Assembly (NCBI RefSeq): GCF_011745625.1
Contig: NW_027191464.1
Location: 62,001 to 126,000, forward strand
Length of the DNA: 64,000 nucleotides
Reading direction: 5' to 3'
DNA from: Cladosporium halotolerans
Taxonomy: Eukaryota
Shown: piece after piece, positions 59,501 to 64,000 of the stretch
Layout of the letters: the number at the start of each line of letters is the position of its first letter
Position numbering within the stretch: position 1 is the stretch's first letter
The notes under the pieces: generated by a model
What the model was told of the DNA's origin: nothing
The model's database searches: none
Seen by the model: only the letters and a program-made list of their open reading frames with translations
Program-made: the position numbers and the translations under genes

Positions 59501-61646
59501 ATGCGCGATGGCCTCTTTGACGAGAGGACAGACAGAGAAGAGAGGCTCAGGGAGAAAGACAGTGCGCTCGCTCAGCGACGGGTGAGCCGTCGGACCCTTG
59601 CCCGCCCCAAGGCTCTGCCTTCTCCAAGCCAACCCCAGAAACGCGGCGAATGGGCAGTTGGGGTTCGTCTGGGCTGGGCTGGCTGGGCGAGGCTGTGGTG
59701 TATTTCGAGGTACGTACCGTTGGATGGGCGCACGGATTACGCAATGCTGTTGGGGGTCCCTGTTCGCATGGACAAGGTTTGCCAGGCTTGTAGGCCTGGA
59801 TGGCCCATCCGGGGTTCGCGATTGGCGAGTGTGGGGATTGCGTGTTGGATTGAGCGGAGCTGGACCGTCAACTCTCACAATTTTTTTTTTGTATCGGACG
59901 CTCCTGGCGCAGGGCACGTCTCAGGTTGCGAGCGATGCTGACGAGCGCGGGCATGAAGCCTGCGTGCCTCGCCGTCCCGGACGCTGATTTGGCCGGTGGG
60001 CGTGGCGAAACGTGCAGTAGTAGCATGTAGCAGCGCATTGGCAGGCACGTACATCGTGTACACAGTATGGTACTGTATGTACCTACGTACGCCTGTCCGT
60101 GCGACGGACAAAGAGGGGAATGAAGGCATCCTCGCAGGACGTGGCGACCGTGCGCGAGTGCGTGCTTTGTCTGCTGGACGACGGCGGGCGAGGGGTCCTT
60201 GGTCCATGGCGAGGTGTGCTCACTCGATCGGGCGACGAGCGCAACCCGCGCGTCCTAGACCATCGAGACAGAGAGTCAGCTGTCCGGGCCAGCTGAGGGC
60301 GCACAGGCGCACGGAGTATGGCGTAGTTTTGCGAGCAGAAAGTAGTGCACACACCACCGTGGTCGGGCTAGTCAGCAATAATGACGATCTAGCACTGTGC
60401 TATTTGCCCCGTGCGCGCCGTCCTCCACACGCCGCAACGCCGTGCACTCGCCGAACGAGCCTTGAGAGGCACTAGGAGGTCGCACTCGACTCGGTGCGCC
60501 GGACGAGTTGGAGGAGGCCCCGGGCGAAGAGTGGATGCGGCCGCTTCGCACAGCAGCACTTGGGGACGTGGAAGTCCGACGGCAGGCAGGCAGGCAGGCA
60601 GGCAGGCCGCAGCCAGGCGTCGGGCGGCTAGGTGAAAATGTCACGGGCGGCGCCGTCGCGTATTGTTGCAGTCAGCAGGCGTGGGCTCGGCCAGGCCGGC
60701 GAGACAGAAGTTCCGCTCAGGCTCAGCGCTGCAGGCGGGCCCCAGCGAAGGGAGCCGCAGAGTCTGCGCAGGAGAGAATCATACCGCGCCAACGAGCGGG
60801 CGGACGCGGGTGTGGCAGAGACAGGCGGGTCGAGGCAGCAGCAGCAATGGCATGGCATGGCATGTTTCGTCGCGAGATGGGCGCGGGTGGGTCGGGCGCT
60901 GGGGTCCCGCCGACAGCAGGGCCGGGCAGCAAAACGTGGTGCTGGCGCAGGCCGCGCAGTGGAGGGCTCCGGGAAGCGCTGGGGCGCGCAGGGCCCTGAG
61001 GGCTGGCGGGCGGCGACTTGCGAGGGCCCCATCGGTCCCATCAGCCCCATGCTGAGCCATCCCACGCCCGTAGCGCGCGCCCGGGTCTGCCGCCCACTGC
61101 AGGTTTCGTGATGGCGCATGATCGCCCGCCAGCGCCCGCTCACACGCGCCCAGGCCGCGCCCTCATTGGTCCAGGCACGCATGCACGCCCCTCCTCTTGT
61201 CGCAGCAGCAGACGCCTGCACGCCCGCCCACCCTCCAGCAGCCGGCCACATACATATACGCAATCGCCCGTCCGCAACACTCCATCGCCTCCTCTCATGT
61301 TCACCTTCACCAGTTCCACTCTCGACAGCAATTGCACCTTGGGCCCTCGTCCGCACACCATCCGCCACGCGTGTGACAGCTCCTTGTCCGACACCCCTCT
61401 GGCGCCATCCGATACCGCTTAGCACGCAATCCAATCCGTGCGCCCTATGAATCATCACGGTGCCTGACCATATCCGCCATCGTCCACACAGTCATCTTCG
61501 ACCTCGAACTTTCCAGCATACAAATTGACATCGTCACGCCGTTTTTTGGAATCCATTCCATTTAATCCCCCAAACACCAAGACCCTGATCAGCATCAACA
61601 AGCTGGTCCCCTACTCCAATTACCAAGTCCCCATCAGACCAACACA

Positions 61647-61681
61647 TCACCACCACCACCACCACCACCACAACAACAACC
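61647..61681 (+). repeat. (CAC)n(AAC)n microsatellite abutting the ECL1-like start codon
   Basis: Run of about 7 CAC followed by 3 AAC immediately before CATGG. Confidence 0.8.
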
Positions 61682-62086
61682 ATGGACTGCTTCCAGGACT
61701 TCTGCCTTGCCTGCGACAAGCAGTGCGAAGGCTCCTACTGCTCACAATCCTGCCGTCTGGCAGACCTCGAGAAGGCTCCCACTTCTGCCTCCACTCCCAC
61801 TACTCCCCGCTCTGAGCACGGCTGGGATTCGGCCCACCCTGGATACGTCCTCACTCCTGCCTACAACTTCACCGAGAGGGACGACAAGAGACTTTCGACA
61901 TCATCGTCGTCGTCTTCTGCCGCACGAGCACTGACTCCCTCATCGTCGCGAACCTCGCTGTCGTCCACCTCGAGCTCATCCGTCCCCAGTGCCGGTCTCA
62001 GCAAACAGGCTCGTGCTGCTCTTCAGGACTACTTTAGCTCCTTCGATCAGACTCGCGCTGCCAAGCGTCGCTCCAGCCTTCGATGA
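61682..62086 (+). CDS. Ecl1-family (life-span regulatory) small Zn-binding protein
   Basis: FCLACDKQ...YCSQSCRLAD Cys motif, Ser-rich tract LTPSSSRTSLSS, C-terminal LQDYFSSFDQTR. Confidence 0.8.
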   Translation: MDCFQDFCLACDKQCEGSYCSQSCRLADLEKAPTSASTPTTPRSEHGWDSAHPGYVLTPAYNFTERDDKRLSTSSSSSSAARALTPSSSRTSLSSTSSSSVPSAGLSKQARAALQDYFSSFDQTRAAKRRSSLR

Positions 62087-64000
62087 ATGACCATCTCGTC
62101 GACATGTCTTGACGCCACTTGACTGAACGACCACCCACGCCACATTTCAATTCTCACCCAACAATTTCAAACCAAATCAAATATACAACAAACCATTAAC
62201 AGCCCCAGTCCGACAGCATGGGAGCTGTACAACCTCCCCTCATCTACGCTATGGATTTTGTCACCACGATCTTATGATCGCTGCATTAGCGCCACGCACA
62301 TCATGTACTAAAAGTCTCTTTGGTTTCACGATCGACTTCTTTCTCGGGGCCGACCCCAACCAGCTAGGCTGAGGCATTTTCCGCCTCAGCAAGCACACGG
62401 AACGGCGTTTTGTTTTCTCTCTCTGAAGGAGCACTGGCAACGGACGGCGTTGAAATTTTCTCGCAGTCTTTGCTGCGCTTCATGTGGATGTTTTCAACCT
62501 TTACGGGTTCGCGCGCTACTGCATACGGACGGAGGATACCCTGATTTATGCATCATGTTCATGTACCACGGGAGGAGGAATGGGAGGAGGGGAGAAGGGA
62601 AAAAGCAAAGGGAGGCTTTCTTGCGCAATTTCGCCAAAAAGTCCTGCTTTCGCCACCGAGCGAACAGCACCGCACGTCAGCTGCCTGTCTTGCTCCGTAT
62701 AGGGGCAAGAGGCTATAGAGTTAGTCTAGCTAGCGCTGCACCACTCGAATCACAATACCGAGCACCTTGATGCGCACACAACTTCCTCTCCATCGTCATC
62801 ATCTTCATCATACTTGTCTCGTGCCACTCTCCATCCAAGTAAGCCAAACATCACGGTGCTTCCACTAGAATCATTACCATCAGAATACGTTCCCCACTCC
62901 GTGTCACCCGCCTGTACTCCACCCCGTCCTTTGTGTCATCGACTCCAGCCTCCAGCCCGTCCCCGAGCCGCCAACAAACCCACTATTGTAGTCCACAGCC
63001 ATCAGACTACTGTACAGCGGCCTCCAGTCTCCACCCCGCGCTAAGCCAATCCGTCCCACATCCCCTCCTCCTCGGCCTCCGCTTGCCGACTATAGTCCTC
63101 TTCCCCCCCAACGTAGCCCTATCCAACCCCACAAACGCCACTCCACTCCACTACCAAGCGCAGCGCCGCATCCCACACCCCTCGTCACGCGTGAAGCGCC
63201 AGCCGCTCGCTAGCCTCCAGCCTCCTCCTCCTTCGTGCTCGCGGACCGAACACAACCTCCCACGCATCATCGCGCTTTAGCGCGCGGAGGTGCGCGCTTG
63301 GCGGGCGCTGGGACTGCATGCGCCTGCGTCTGGATGGGAGGATGCAGAGTACGCCATGGGGGGGCTGGCGCGTCACCCTGCGTGCGTGCGTGCGTGGGCT
63401 GGAGAAGAAGGGAAGGGAAGGGAAGGGGACCGAGCAGAGAACGGAGGAGGGGTCCTTCGTCCCTGCTTGATGAGAGAGAGGGACGGGAGACACGAGGGAT
63501 GAGCGTGCGCGTGGTTGTGCTGTGCTGTGCAGATCGCGATGGGCGGCGGGCGCTTCGTCACGGTCTGCGGGGCGAGGACTATCTGCCTGTCTGCCTGTCT
63601 GTCTGTCTATCTCTGACCCTGGGGTGTGCTATCTACATCGCGTCTACTACTGCGGCATGTATGGTTAGGTGATATGCTACTGCAGCGACTCTCGGCACGC
63701 CGCACCCGCGCCCTTTGCCATATCTCCCGCGCGCCTTATCGTCGGCACGAGCACACTCCCGTACATATAGCGCCTCCATACAGTACCACTACTGCAAAAT
63801 CCCCTGCACTACCCCACACAAGAGGCGTTTAATCTGCAGATTAGTTAGATTGCGACACCCTCCCTCTGCTGCGCACCTGCGCGGCGTGTGGCTGGCTGGC
63901 GCTCGCTCGCTCGCTACTCGCAGGATTCCCACCTGCACACTTACAGCTACGGCGCGGTCCTTCCTGTGCCGTGACGAAAGGCTCGGTCTTGGAGAAAGAC

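Noticed and set aside
58649..59917. 422-aa ORF in the long intergenic region
   Set aside because: Non-ATG start, Arg/Pro/Ala/Cys-rich composition typical of random GC-rich DNA, no codon bias or domain.
61525..61815. ORF with a poly-His tract overlapping the ECL1-like start
   Set aside because: TTG start; the poly-His is just the CAC microsatellite read in another frame.
1..64000. Transposons, CRISPR arrays, secondary-metabolite backbone genes
   Set aside because: No transposase/RT motifs, LTR/TIR pairs, spaced direct repeats or PKS/NRPS domains were seen.

Overview
Eukaryotic, intron-containing, GC-rich DNA from a filamentous ascomycete (gene set, intron style and dispersed 5S rRNA suggest a Dothideomycete; this is inference). 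The window holds about 30 protein-coding genes, one intron-containing tRNA-Leu(AAG) and one dispersed 5S rRNA gene. Housekeeping genes (COA1, EFM6-like, VPS29, AGX1, SWC4, RCF2, PHO81/nuc-2, ARD1, ERP1-like p24, ECL1-like) flank a metabolic block at about 16-34 kb. Top observations: (1) a three-gene nitrogen-utilisation module (Dal5-family permease, atypical fold-IV PLP enzyme lacking the canonical Lys/Glu positions, divergent Ppr1/UaY-like Zn2Cys6 factor) whose two promoters share a near-identical TTCGG-N6-CCGA site; (2) an AUG-less in-frame 5' extension of alanine:glyoxylate aminotransferase with two CUG codons in good context, encoding a mitochondrial-type presequence and a PTS2; (3) a possible sugar-acid module (GH28 with a frameshift, quinate-permease-like transporter, DHDPS-family aldolase); (4) cyanide hydratase between RCF2 and a Zn2Cys6 factor; (5) recurring C-rich to G-rich skew-switch islands. 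All family assignments come from motif recognition, not database searches, and splice sites were inferred by eye.
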